Source: a virus. Taken from it: a stretch of 26,793 bases of DNA. A program made the position numbers and the translations under genes. The stretch lies in the IMG/VR virus record IMGVR_UViG_3300045988_077293. One strand, written 5' to 3'. Below are positions 6,104 through 15,295 of the stretch, in pieces. Every line of letters begins with the position of its first letter. Position 1 is the stretch's first letter. The notes under the pieces were generated by a model, which was given only the letters and a program-made list of their open reading frames with translations, did not search any database and was not told the DNA's origin.

Positions 6104-8083
6104 TTATCTTTTTAGCGTGAAGAAACGTTTTACACTATCACGCATTTCATCTGAATATTCCATTTCCGAAAGTCTAATCTTTTCAAACTCGTCATCCGTT
6201 AAGAAGTCAAACTGTTCACGTTTGCAAGTGTTGATATGCTTAACCGTCTTATCATATTTCATCTCATCTGTTATCGGATAAAGCATATTTGAATAACGCT
6301 TCGATGTAAGTATGCCGTTTGCAAAGCAGTTGAAATGATATGCTGTGATAATGTTGTAATACTTCACGCTTTCGTGAATTTCTTCACACTTACATTCAGG
6401 AATGTCCTGCGGATATTCAAACAAATGCGTTCTCTTGTTGTAAAGTCTATGAGACTTGCCGTTAGAGCCTACAAGGTTTACTGTCTTGCCGTCCTCGTCT
6501 GTAACGTGCCAATAAGAGTCGCTTGTCTGTTCTTTCTTGATAAAGACAGGCTTTGCATAGTCAAGCTTGCCTTCGTCAAAGTTCCATACAAGAATATCAT
6601 CATCATAGGTAATATCTTGTACAAACTTGTCGCCACACTTTGTTGATATGAGAGTGTTTTCAGCGAAACAAAGGTAAGTATGATATGTTACAAAATTAGC
6701 ATCATCGGTGGCGGTAAAGCTATTGAGGTCGCTCGTTGTTGCCGCATTGTCGCCCTCGAGCGCGATATATTTCGAATATGATAGTGATGAACCTGAAGCT
6801 AAGTCATATAAATTGGCTCTGAAAACTATAGTAGAGGCATTGCTTGCAGCATAATTGACACCTAAGCGTAAATCACCGTAATCAACAAGACTACAGTCCC
6901 ACCGAGAATTAGTAGCATCATAGTATAACTCCGCACTACCCGTTTGCTCCAAATCCTTTATCGTATATATTTTACTTGTTTTGGCGGCGCCTATAGCAGA
7001 ATATGTATCATTGAGTATCTTTATAAGCTGTATTTGCTTGAACGCCGAAGTTGCAAACACCGTCACAATAAAATCTGTATTACCTTCGGTTACAGGTATT
7101 GTCATTGCAGTATCTACTGATATTGCGGAGGTAATATCAAAAGGACTAAGCGATGGGTTTTCCATATCGGGATAACTGCCATCATTATTAAGCAATGCCA
7201 TTGAGACTGTCCCATTCGGCACATAGTAAATCTTGAAGAATTTTACGTTATTATATTCTTCAAGACTGCCAAGGTTGTCTAAGTCAATCCAGTTGCCTTC
7301 GCCGTTTATCTGTATAAAGACGTGTTCGGATATGGTCTCGTCATATGCAATATTGGCAAACGTAATGTAATAACCCTGCGACTCTACCTTTGTAAACGTT
7401 ATGGGCGCGGAAATATCGCTGTCATCGTATGTGCCGTCTTGTGAATACGCCTGCGCCGTTATGCTGTATGTTTTAGCAGTCGGAAAGCAAGAGTCGTTCA
7501 TCGTCACCGTGTAAATGCCGCCCGCAAGCTCCGCCGTCCATTTCGTGCCGTATCCTTGCTCCGTGCCGTCAACAAATACCTTGTAAGCGTATGCCCTCGT
7601 ATCGTTCGGGAACGAGAATTTGCAAACGCCGTCCGCCGATAGGTCGGTGAGAACGGGCGTTGTAAGCTTTTGTTTTGCCACAGCTCCCGCCGTAACAGAA
7701 ATATAAACCGCACCCGTGACGTTTTCAATCTGCACAATGCCGATTTCTCTGCCGTCAGAACCTGTGCCATAGCTCCAAGCGGTAGAAGTGATATCTTGCA
7801 ACGTTCCTGTTCCGTCATCCATTATAACGAGGATTGTTCCCGTCGCAAACGTGTAATTTGCGTAATCTCCGCCGTGCGTGAGGAAAGAAGCCGTTAGGCT
7901 CTTTCCAATAGACACAGCCGTGGGAGCATTTGTCGAGCAGTTCAACACCGCAGTGTGTACCGCTACTCGTGAATATGAAATGACATTAGAAAATGCGCTT
8001 ACGAGCGTTCCGTCCGTTGCTTTTGCACGGAGGATATGATTTCCCGCTCCGAGATTTGTAAGATTATATGTCGCGATTTTCAT
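6104..8083 (-). CDS. Tail fibre / receptor-binding protein with a C-terminal Hint (intein-like) module
   Basis: 659 aa, positioned after the distal tail genes. It contains Ig/FN3-like segments (TTPVLTDLSADG...YKVFVDGTEQG). The C-terminal 188 aa carry Hint blocks A, B and F/G. Confidence 0.75.
   Translation of the reverse strand: MKIATYNLTNLGAGNHILRAKATDGTLVSAFSNVISYSRVAVHTAVLNCSTNAPTAVSIGKSLTASFLTHGGDYANYTFATGTILVIMDDGTGTLQDITSTAWSYGTGSDGREIGIVQIENVTGAVYISVTAGAVAKQKLTTPVLTDLSADGVCKFSFPNDTRAYAYKVFVDGTEQGYGTKWTAELAGGIYTVTMNDSCFPTAKTYSITAQAYSQDGTYDDSDISAPITFTKVESQGYYITFANIAYDETISEHVFIQINGEGNWIDLDNLGSLEEYNNVKFFKIYYVPNGTVSMALLNNDGSYPDMENPSLSPFDITSAISVDTAMTIPVTEGNTDFIVTVFATSAFKQIQLIKILNDTYSAIGAAKTSKIYTIKDLEQTGSAELYYDATNSRWDCSLVDYGDLRLGVNYAASNASTIVFRANLYDLASGSSLSYSKYIALEGDNAATTSDLNSFTATDDANFVTYHTYLCFAENTLISTKCGDKFVQDITYDDDILVWNFDEGKLDYAKPVFIKKEQTSDSYWHVTDEDGKTVNLVGSNGKSHRLYNKRTHLFEYPQDIPECKCEEIHESVKYYNIITAYHFNCFANGILTSKRYSNMLYPITDEMKYDKTVKHINTCKREQFDFLTDDEFEKIRLSEMEYSDEMRDSVKRFFTLKR
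6302..6670 (-). other. Hint/intein-like domain within the tail fibre (codons 472-594)
   Basis: Block A is CFAENTLISTKCGDKFVQDITYDDDILVW, with Cys-1 codon TGT at 6670-6668. Block B-like is GSNGKSHRLYN. Blocks F/G are YYNIITAYHFNCFANGILTS. There is no terminal His-Asn. Confidence 0.7.
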
Positions 8084-8173
8084 TTGTTCTCCTTTGCAAC
8101 TCGTCCGTTAATTCCAAAATCGGAACGGTTGTTGTTTTTATAAGTGTGTTTTTTGTAGTTAGGCATAGGATTA

Positions 8174-10078
8174 TTAATAAGAAGCATACAGGGACAACCC
8201 CGAAACATTGTTCAAAGATATCTCAACAGCTGCTGTATATAGGCTATAATTCAGTGATATAGGTGTTTCATCATTTATTGCGTATTGATACCCCCATACA
8301 AACCCCTTATCATAACTTACATTCAAAGCTGCTCCATTAGATATGTCGGAACCATCACGTGCAGTACCACCTCCGCCGTCACCTCGAACATCAAAGTCGG
8401 ACTCCGATGATGGTGCAGAACCGTACTTTATGTATGTATAGCCAGACTTGGGCTGGTCATACTTGGCTGGAAAATCAAAAACCTTTACAGTATGTGCACC
8501 GTCCGCTATATCGGATAGTGTGGACAAGTCAACAGTCGTTGTGTTCGGAGCGCTCGCAACGTTCGTTTTCAACGTTCCGTCAACATACACATCGTAACTT
8601 GTCGCGTTTGCAACATCTGTTATTTCAAGCGTTTTACCGTCTGCGTTCATTGCGATTGTAGGTGTTGTGAGCTTGTTCTGAATTGTATACGCCACCGCCA
8701 CGCTTTCTTCCGACATTATATATCCATAGCCCGAAGCCTTTACTGTGAGCGAATATGTTCCCACTTCTGTGAGCCACGCAGAAAGATTTATGCTTGTTTC
8801 CGTGACACTCTTTGATTGCGTTGCACCATCTTTTACAGCATTGACGATGTATCCGTCCGCATTTGTTATTGAGTTCCACGACATTGTGCCGTTTGTTATG
8901 CTCGCTGTCGGAGTGCTAAGCTGTGTAAACGTATGTATCAGCGTGTCGTTGTCGTACAGCATAAACGATGTGACTCTATCGTCCGAGCTTGTTATCCACA
9001 GCGTTTCGTTCGTGCTTGTCACCGAGAGAACGGGGGCAGGCAATCCCGCAATTGATACGGATTGTTTAAGCTCCATTGTTGTTGCCGCGCCTTTCCCGAA
9101 AGAATAGGTCAGCGCAGAAATGTACCCCTTCTGCATTTGTCCGTCCCTGTCCTCCGTCTGCACCATTTGTCCCGGTATATATCCTTGCGGAGTTGTAGTC
9201 CCGTACCAAGTCCCCGAATTAAAATAAACAGACGCCATTCTCAAAAGCGTTGCTTGCGCATTTGACGAGTTGACAAGCGTTGCGTTATCAACGCTTATTT
9301 CTCGGTTTGATACGCCCGTAAGGGCTGTATTCGCCATTGTAAGCGTTGATGTAGTATGAACGTATTTATTGCCGTCCGCGTCTATTACAATATCGTCTCC
9401 GCTCGTTCCTGCGGTGTAGGTATGCACTGTAAGATTTACTCTTGCCACTTCGTCCTCGTTGGCAACAGCGGGAAAAGCGTATATCTTGCTCTTCGGGACT
9501 GTTCCTTGCACCGTTGACGGTATTGCTAAAATGTTTATCAAAGCCGAGCAAGCGCAGGAAACATACCCGCCGACCGCCCAACAAAACTGTTGCAGACGTT
9601 CTCTTGCCGTTTGTTCGGGGCAATATCCCGTTATCGTTTTGCCACTGAGCGCATCATCTACATTGTAGGTTACACCAAAAGAGCCGTTTGCGTTTTTTTC
9701 AACGTCTTTGAGCGCGACGGAAAGGGACACGCCATTATAATACTTTGCAGGGACTTTCGGCGTGTCAAGTCTGTAAACAAGGCTGTAACCCTGTATCTCA
9801 TACAAGTTATTGCCGAGATTGTTTATCTGCTTGACAACGTAATGACCTATCGGAGCGACGAGAGGGGAAAGCGGTCGTCCCGTTATCCCCGTGTTGTCGT
9901 CAACGTCCATATATTCCGCTACAAGCGGAGTCTCCGAGCGTATGCGGCATATTGCCGTATCTATCGGCACAATATCCGCCATTATATCGGCGTTTTGCGT
10001 GACTGACAAGCTTTCTATCACGCTTGAATCGTACACCGTCCCGCTCGCCGAGTCCTTTTTATACAGCGTTATTGTCAT
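8174..10078 (-). CDS. Distal tail / baseplate protein (Tal position) with FN3-like repeats
   Basis: ORF 8174-10120 trimmed to the ATG at 10078 (MTITLYKKD), which forms an ATGA overlap with the upstream stop. Repeated modules include LPAPVLSVTS..., NADGYIVNAVKDG... and LTTPTIAMNADGKTLEITDVANATSYDVYVDG. Confidence 0.65.
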   Translation of the reverse strand: MTITLYKKDSASGTVYDSSVIESLSVTQNADIMADIVPIDTAICRIRSETPLVAEYMDVDDNTGITGRPLSPLVAPIGHYVVKQINNLGNNLYEIQGYSLVYRLDTPKVPAKYYNGVSLSVALKDVEKNANGSFGVTYNVDDALSGKTITGYCPEQTARERLQQFCWAVGGYVSCACSALINILAIPSTVQGTVPKSKIYAFPAVANEDEVARVNLTVHTYTAGTSGDDIVIDADGNKYVHTTSTLTMANTALTGVSNREISVDNATLVNSSNAQATLLRMASVYFNSGTWYGTTTPQGYIPGQMVQTEDRDGQMQKGYISALTYSFGKGAATTMELKQSVSIAGLPAPVLSVTSTNETLWITSSDDRVTSFMLYDNDTLIHTFTQLSTPTASITNGTMSWNSITNADGYIVNAVKDGATQSKSVTETSINLSAWLTEVGTYSLTVKASGYGYIMSEESVAVAYTIQNKLTTPTIAMNADGKTLEITDVANATSYDVYVDGTLKTNVASAPNTTTVDLSTLSDIADGAHTVKVFDFPAKYDQPKSGYTYIKYGSAPSSESDFDVRGDGGGGTARDGSDISNGAALNVSYDKGFVWGYQYAINDETPISLNYSLYTAAVEISLNNVSGLSLYASY

Positions 10079-10449
10079 TTTGGCTCCTTTGCCAAGAAAG
10101 ACACGGTGCAATTGCCCCATATGTTTCTTGTTCCCGATATTTTTTTGAGTTCGTCCGCAACCATTGTAACATAAGCTGTGTAAGTCATCGTAGTTTGATT
10201 ATACGGGACTGTCACTGTGTGAAATTCCGTTGCCGAAGCTAAAACCTCGTGAAGTGCCGTATATTCGCTTTCATATCCTCTAAGAGCGGAAAACTGCATT
10301 TCATACTGATAATACACGCCCATTATATCACGGTGATATTTGCCGTCAAGCATAAATCCCGTGAGGGAAGTGTCTTTTATTTCCGCCGTCCGTCTTATGG
10401 GCGTATGCACAAAGACGTGCGGATATGTTGTTCCGTCAACTTTTATCAC
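10075..10449 (-). CDS. Small tail component directly after the tape measure (Dit position)
   Basis: 124 aa, with ATGA-type coupling on both sides. The call is positional only. Confidence 0.45.
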   Translation of the reverse strand: MIKVDGTTYPHVFVHTPIRRTAEIKDTSLTGFMLDGKYHRDIMGVYYQYEMQFSALRGYESEYTALHEVLASATEFHTVTVPYNQTTMTYTAYVTMVADELKKISGTRNIWGNCTVSFLAKEPK

Positions 10450-11990
10450 GTTGCCACCCCCGCAAGTTTAGTACCGTAAATTTGTGATTGTTTCTGATTT
10501 GATTTGTAAACCGCCTTGCCGAATACCTCGCCGTCCACTTCCAGAATAACCGTTGTGTCGCCCGTTCTGTATTCTTTCAGGCGTTCTTCTATTTTCGCCG
10601 CCGTTTCTGCTGTTGTCGTTTCAGGCTGTTTCGTTGTTCCCCTGATTATCGAGGGCAACCAACCTTTATCGGATTCAACCAACGTTTTTCCGAGACTTTT
10701 AACGCCGTTCCATATAGCTTTGATAATTCGTTTTCCAACGTCTATCCAATCTATTTTCATAAACGCTTCAACGAGAGCCGCAGGAATGTTTAACATAAGC
10801 TCAACAAGCTTCACAAAGAAGTCCTCTGAAAGAAGCTTTTCAAGCAACGTCAAGCTTCCGTTGATAAACTGCGAATATAATTCAGGCGCAACGTCAAGGA
10901 GCTGTTCAACAAGCGTAAAAGCGGCTGTCGAAAGCGCGTCAAATACTTTGCTTATCGTTGACGGCGAAAGCAATTGACTTGCAACTGCGGCTCCCGCCTG
11001 CGTAATGCTTGACAGTATTTTCGGCAACCCATCGAGTATTCCTTCCGCAAATGCCCCTGTGAGCGTCATAGCGACGCTTGTGAGGTCGGGAATGCGCGAG
11101 GTAATATAATTTACCACATTCGCTAAAATGCTTCCCGCAGACTTCAAAAGAGCCTTTGTGCCGCCTGTCTTATATGCTGTGGCGAGCTGTTCAAGTCCTT
11201 TGTTTACCTTAGGCAAAACCGATGATATAAGCCCTTGCGATATCGGCTGAAACACTTCCCCGACAAGTGCCTTCGCATTGTCTTTCAATGTGGAAACAAG
11301 TCCCTTGAAAGTTTTGCTCTGCCTCTGCATTGCGCCTTCGTAAATTCCACCCGCCGAAGCCGCTTTTATGAGAGCCGCCGACAAATCATCATAATTTATC
11401 TGCAAGTCTTTGACTTCTTCGGTAGTTACGCCGAGATAATCCGCCATAATCTTGTAGATGTTTATTCCCGCCATTGCGAATTGCTTTATATCAATAGCGG
11501 AAGCCACGCCGACGTTTTTAATCTGCTGTAAGTTTGCCGCCATTCGGGACAATTCATCGTTACCGCCGCCCGTCGCCGATACAGCATCGCCAAGCGCAAG
11601 GATTGTTTCGCGGGCGTTTTCTGCGCTTACACCCGCACCAATCAAAAGCTGGTTTGCTTGAACGAGTCCTGCAACGTCAAAAGGCGTTTTTGCCGCGTCC
11701 TCTTTTATGTTCTTTATGACTTTATTTGCTTCCTCTGCCGTTCCGAGCAAAGTTGTAAGCCCCATTGTGTAGCTCTCTATCTGCGCATTATAATTAACGC
11801 CTATTCTTCCGAGTGCTACAAGCCCCGCTCCGACACTTGCAATCGCCGCCGCTCCGATTTTTGCCGCAGAAGCAAGCCCTTTGCCGAGCGTCGAAGCAAG
11901 ACTTTTGCCCGAAGCTGTCGCTTCTTTCACGCCCCTATCATACGCGGAGCTGTCAAGGCTCAATTTAGCATATAAATTAAACAAACTCAT
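10446..11990 (-). CDS. Tail tape measure protein (TP901-type core)
   Basis: ORF 10446-12029 trimmed to the ATG at 11990 (MSLFNLYAKLSLD), which has an AAAGGAGGAAACC SD. The core is TPFDVAGLVQANQLLIGAGVSAENARETILALGDAVSATGGGNDELSRMAANLQQIKNVG. The sequence is Ala/Gly-rich and helical. Confidence 0.9.
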   Translation of the reverse strand: MSLFNLYAKLSLDSSAYDRGVKEATASGKSLASTLGKGLASAAKIGAAAIASVGAGLVALGRIGVNYNAQIESYTMGLTTLLGTAEEANKVIKNIKEDAAKTPFDVAGLVQANQLLIGAGVSAENARETILALGDAVSATGGGNDELSRMAANLQQIKNVGVASAIDIKQFAMAGINIYKIMADYLGVTTEEVKDLQINYDDLSAALIKAASAGGIYEGAMQRQSKTFKGLVSTLKDNAKALVGEVFQPISQGLISSVLPKVNKGLEQLATAYKTGGTKALLKSAGSILANVVNYITSRIPDLTSVAMTLTGAFAEGILDGLPKILSSITQAGAAVASQLLSPSTISKVFDALSTAAFTLVEQLLDVAPELYSQFINGSLTLLEKLLSEDFFVKLVELMLNIPAALVEAFMKIDWIDVGKRIIKAIWNGVKSLGKTLVESDKGWLPSIIRGTTKQPETTTAETAAKIEERLKEYRTGDTTVILEVDGEVFGKAVYKSNQKQSQIYGTKLAGVAT

Positions 11991-12309
11991 TAAGGTTTCC
12001 TCCTTTCGTGGAGATTTTAAGCCCCGCATTTTTTATCACTCTCGCGGCTATCTCGTCCCCGCTCTCGCCTTTATCGCCTTCCACGATGTCTGCAAAGCGT
12101 TGTGTGAGCCGTTTGCCCTGCGCATAGTAAAAGATACTATCCGAGATGTAATAATCAAATGCGGCGCGTTTAGCGCGTTCCTGCGCCATATACAGCAATT
12201 CGGCGGTGATGTATTCAACCCCGCCGAACATTTTCGCTTTTATGGGGTCAATGGCCGCCAAATCGTGCTGTACGTTCAGCGCGTCAAGTCCATTAACCGC
12301 ACCAAAAAA
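11977..12309 (-). CDS. Tail assembly chaperone -1 frame extension (T part of G-T)
   Basis: The -1 frame is open from the slippery site through ORF 11977-12261 (GAVNGLDALNVQHDLAAIDPIKAKMFGG...NLNEFV). It has no SD or credible start of its own. Confidence 0.7.
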   Translation of the reverse strand, partial: FFGAVNGLDALNVQHDLAAIDPIKAKMFGGVEYITAELLYMAQERAKRAAFDYYISDSIFYYAQGKRLTQRFADIVEGDKGESGDEIAARVIKNAGLKISTKGGNLNEFV

Positions 12310-12665
12310 TTTATTATCTGAGGATTTGCCAAAATATCGAAAACAGGAAGCATAAAATCAATGCCGTTATATTCTTTGATATCCTTTTCATCGATAAAGC
12401 ACATCAAGGCTATCAGCTTAGCCGTTTTCTTCGGCTCTTTGGTCATAAGCTCGCACAAAATCTCTTTAAGATTTTCGCCGCCCTGCTCCTGTATCTTTGC
12501 CTGACGCTCATCGGGCGTTTCCGTTCAGTCGAATTTCGGCATTTTCTGCCTTATTGCCTGTATCTTTTTGTCCCCGAATACTTTCTTAAATTCCGACACA
12601 AGCTTATATGCCTGCGGAAGAAATTCATCCATAGGACAATTTGCAATCGTTTTCGTTATTTCCAT
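12276..12665 (-). CDS. Tail assembly chaperone (G part), interrupted by an in-frame TGA at codon 47
   Basis: ATG at 12665-12663 with an AGGGAGG SD. The reading is MEITKTIANCPMDEFLPQAYKLVSEFKKVFGDKKIQAIRQKMPKFD-TGA-TETPDERQAKIQEQGGENLKEILCELMTKEP...RLMDLTR. The TGA is at 12527-12525. The ORF track shows only the distal part, 12276-12458. Confidence 0.65.
12303..12309 (-). promoter_or_regulatory. -1 programmed ribosomal frameshift slippery heptamer T_TTT_TTG
   Basis: The zero frame reads AAT TTT TTG, 10 codons before the chaperone stop codon. The X_XXY_YYZ pattern is correctly phased. Confidence 0.7.
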
Positions 12666-12687
12666 AAAATCCTCCCTTTATTTTTCT

Positions 12688-13272
12688 TTATGTTCCGGCT
12701 TTGATGTAGATTTCAAACGGACATACTTCAGGCGTAGCCGCGCTTGCGTGCGCTGTAAACTCAGCCGCAAACGAGCCTTTATCCTTTTCCGCGCTCTGTA
12801 TCTGAAAACCGCCAGTCGAAAGCGCGTTAACAAGGTGTATTGCGATGTAGCCACCCGATTCCGAGCTGTGCTTGTCGGAGTAGTCGCCAACCCACCAAAC
12901 ATCGAAAAAGTCTGTATCTGTAAGATTTGTTCTCGGTGTTACCTTCGTTGTGTCGCTCGCGCCGATATCTGCCGCGCCGAGAAGCTTTTTCGCAAGGTCG
13001 GTTGTTACTGTTTTGAATGTTCCCGAAAGCTTAAACTTCCACGAGTCAAGCTCTTTGCCTTCTTTCGTGTTTTTCACGGAATTGTCTATGCCTTCGGCAA
13101 GGTCAATATAAGTCGGTGTAGCCGTTACATTAACTCCGCCATCGGTTGCGCCGAGAATATCCGTAATCGTGAGTTCAGCAGTTGACGGGGTAAAATCGGA
13201 AAGCAGTACGCCCGCATTGAGCTGAAGCTCTTTATATGTGTTTGCGGGTATCTGCGTGAATTTCATTCCCAT
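12688..13272 (-). CDS. Major tail (tube) protein
   Basis: 194 aa, positioned immediately before the chaperones. The composition is beta-rich (GTFKTVTTDLAKKLLGA..., FEIYIKAGT). The start could be the second ATG at 13266. Confidence 0.75.
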   Translation of the reverse strand: MGMKFTQIPANTYKELQLNAGVLLSDFTPSTAELTITDILGATDGGVNVTATPTYIDLAEGIDNSVKNTKEGKELDSWKFKLSGTFKTVTTDLAKKLLGAADIGASDTTKVTPRTNLTDTDFFDVWWVGDYSDKHSSESGGYIAIHLVNALSTGGFQIQSAEKDKGSFAAEFTAHASAATPEVCPFEIYIKAGT

Positions 13273-13285
13273 AGTCTTTCCTTTC

Positions 13286-13654
13286 TCAATCGGCGGTTAA
13301 GTATTCCACCGAAAGGTTTATTATTTTTCTTCTTATCATATCGTCGTTTTGGTCGCCCATATTCTGCGCGAAAGGCTCTCCGCGTTTAATCCATATTGCG
13401 CCGCCGTCACAGGCTTCCATAATTCCGCCTGTGCCGATTATGCGCGATATTTCTTCCGTTTTTTCGTTCGCCGCAAGCCACGATGTGGAGCGATACCACA
13501 GCGAAGCGGTAAGAGCTATTTCCCCGCCGAAGCTATCCGTTGCCACATAATATGTGATATACGGATATGCCGTTTTATCCGGAACGGCATTTTCTTCATA
13601 TGCGGGAAGCGAAAACTGCGCAAAAAATGAGTGTAAAGCTTCTGTTTTCGTCAT
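13286..13654 (-). CDS. Tail completion / terminator-like protein (DUF3168-like)
   Basis: Trimmed to an ATG that forms an ATGA overlap with the upstream stop (MTKTEALHSFF...). AVPDKTAYPYITYYVATDSFGG resembles gp17-type proteins. The call is positional. Confidence 0.5.
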   Translation of the reverse strand: MTKTEALHSFFAQFSLPAYEENAVPDKTAYPYITYYVATDSFGGEIALTASLWYRSTSWLAANEKTEEISRIIGTGGIMEACDGGAIWIKRGEPFAQNMGDQNDDMIRRKIINLSVEYLTAD

Positions 13655-14001
13655 TGCGGCAATCTCCATTCTTCGGCGTTTACTTCCCTATAAGCGAAAG
13701 ACGCGGAATCGGGCGTTTTCATATCTTCTCCGTCTGAGGTTACGCGGAAAATCTTTCCGTCGCTCTTTCTTCTCAATACGTCGTGATAGTCCAAAATAAC
13801 GCTCTTGCGCGTCACGAGCGTATACAGGGCTGTAACACCCTGCTGTTGCGCTATTCTCGCTTCTGTGGAGTTGTCAAGGCGCGATACGGCGTTTATTGTC
13901 GCTCCGTCCGTCCACGTCGTTATCGTTCCTCCTACGCCGTCCGGAACGACCGCTTTGTTGAGTATTACAAAAGGCTCAAACGCCTTTTCAAGCAAACTCA
14001 T
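13651..14001 (-). CDS. Head closure / head-tail joining protein (SPP1 gp16-like)
   Basis: Trimmed to the ATG at 14001 (MSLLEKAFEPF), which has a GGAGGAAGTT SD. Size and position are typical. Confidence 0.5.
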   Translation of the reverse strand: MSLLEKAFEPFVILNKAVVPDGVGGTITTWTDGATINAVSRLDNSTEARIAQQQGVTALYTLVTRKSVILDYHDVLRRKSDGKIFRVTSDGEDMKTPDSASFAYREVNAEEWRLPQ

Positions 14002-14417
14002 AACTTCCTCCAAACGTTAAGGCGCGACGCGAACACATTCTGCCACGAGCTATCGGGCTTTCCTGCGGCGTTTGTCGCCTTTGTATATGAATATCCACCC
14101 CAACTTTCCGACGCGTAAGGAGAAATAGCCGCCGCGTCGGATTTGGAGTAGTCATCAATCTCGGTGTTGAGGGCGAGAAAAGAGGGAGGAATTTTCATCG
14201 CCCACACCGAGCCATTAAACACCTCGTCGATTAAATCCGACTGAGGATACTGATGAACACCGTCATTGAACGTACTTCCGACAATTCGGAAATATTGTCC
14301 GTCCTGTAAAAAGTCAAGCGGCGTAATAGTGCCGTCCTTGACCGTGAATGTGCCGACGTGCTTATCTTCGTCCGAAGTAAACCAATTTCGGCACTCTCTG
14401 CAAAGTTCAGTAAGCAT
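13998..14417 (-). CDS. Virion protein of the head-tail connector region (family not recognised)
   Basis: 139 aa, directly after the major capsid gene. Confidence 0.45.
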   Translation of the reverse strand: MLTELCRECRNWFTSDEDKHVGTFTVKDGTITPLDFLQDGQYFRIVGSTFNDGVHQYPQSDLIDEVFNGSVWAMKIPPSFLALNTEIDDYSKSDAAAISPYASESWGGYSYTKATNAAGKPDSSWQNVFASRLNVWRKL

Positions 14418-14437
14418 TTTACGCCGCCTTTCTTAAT

Positions 14438-15295
14438 TTAGAATGTGCATTTAAGACCTGCAAGTCTCTTTGCGTCAACGACCTTTGCGCCGTAAAGGTG
14501 AAGTCCCTTAACAGCGTCAGCAAATCTCTTTTCGGGTCTGTAAGCTTCGGTGCTTGTAATCTGCTCTGCATATGTGCAAGCGCCTTCGTCGCCCGCCGTG
14601 ATTGTATATGTTGTGGTGTTCGAGGAAGTTGCGCTGTTGCAGTTGTTCGACATATAGATGTCAAAGCCTGCCGCTCTTGCAACCCAACCATTGCGGAGGG
14701 TTTCTTCTGCCATTGCGCCGCCTGTCTTTACGAAACGGTCGTCCTGAAGAATGAGCGCAACCATTTCAGGCGGGATTACAAGCCAACGACCCGTTGTGGG
14801 AACGTTTGCTTTGTCAAGGACTGTTTTCATCTTGACAACGTTTTCATAAACGTTATCTTTTGTGAGCGCAACAGCCGTTGTGCCGACCTGATTGCCGTTT
14901 GCCGTTGTAATAGCTGCCGCGAGCTGGTCGGCAAGATATTTGTCCGCAACGTCATTGAGTCCATAAGCGGCTCTCTGCATTGCTTTGTCCATAACGTCGC
15001 CTGCTGCCTGTGCTGTGTCGATATCGTCAACAGCAAAATTGAAGTATTTTGCCTGATCAATAACGAGCGTCTGGTCGGTTGTGGTAAGTGCCTGAGGACC
15101 CGATGTAAAGTCTGTGTCCTTTGTGTATGTGCCGATTGTTACCGCGCCAATCGTATTTATATGCACGGTATCGCCCTGCTTCTTGATATCGCCTTCGTAA
15201 TCTCTGTTTACGAGTCCTGCGAAAACGTGAGCCTTGTCAAGAGCGTTGAGAAGTCTCGCGTTCCAAAGTTCGGGAATGAATGATGTAAGTGCCAT
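14438..15295 (-). CDS. Major capsid protein (HK97 fold, P22-coat-like family)
   Basis: FIPELWNARLLNALDKAHVFAGLVNRDYEGDIKKQGDTVHINT fits the N-terminal signature. 285 aa, follows the scaffold gene, strong SD. Confidence 0.85.
   Translation of the reverse strand: MALTSFIPELWNARLLNALDKAHVFAGLVNRDYEGDIKKQGDTVHINTIGAVTIGTYTKDTDFTSGPQALTTTDQTLVIDQAKYFNFAVDDIDTAQAAGDVMDKAMQRAAYGLNDVADKYLADQLAAAITTANGNQVGTTAVALTKDNVYENVVKMKTVLDKANVPTTGRWLVIPPEMVALILQDDRFVKTGGAMAEETLRNGWVARAAGFDIYMSNNCNSATSSNTTTYTITAGDEGACTYAEQITSTEAYRPEKRFADAVKGLHLYGAKVVDAKRLAGLKCTF

Noticed and set aside
12525-12527. Genome-wide TGA reassignment (code 4 or 25) as an explanation for the in-frame TGA and the missing endolysin
   Set aside because: TGA terminates at least 15 well-delimited genes here, many with ATGA coupling. 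Trp is encoded by TGG throughout. No other gene carries an in-frame TGA.
12568-13185. Long plus-strand ORFs (12568-13185, 14498-15283, 17725-18528, 21480-22121, 16614-17162, 3191-3712, 9590-10006 and others)
   Set aside because: All are antisense to recognisable minus-strand genes (major tail, capsid, portal, RarA-like, MuF, SSAP, tail protein). They lack SD sequences and have Cys/Arg/Phe-rich low-complexity composition typical of shadow ORFs.
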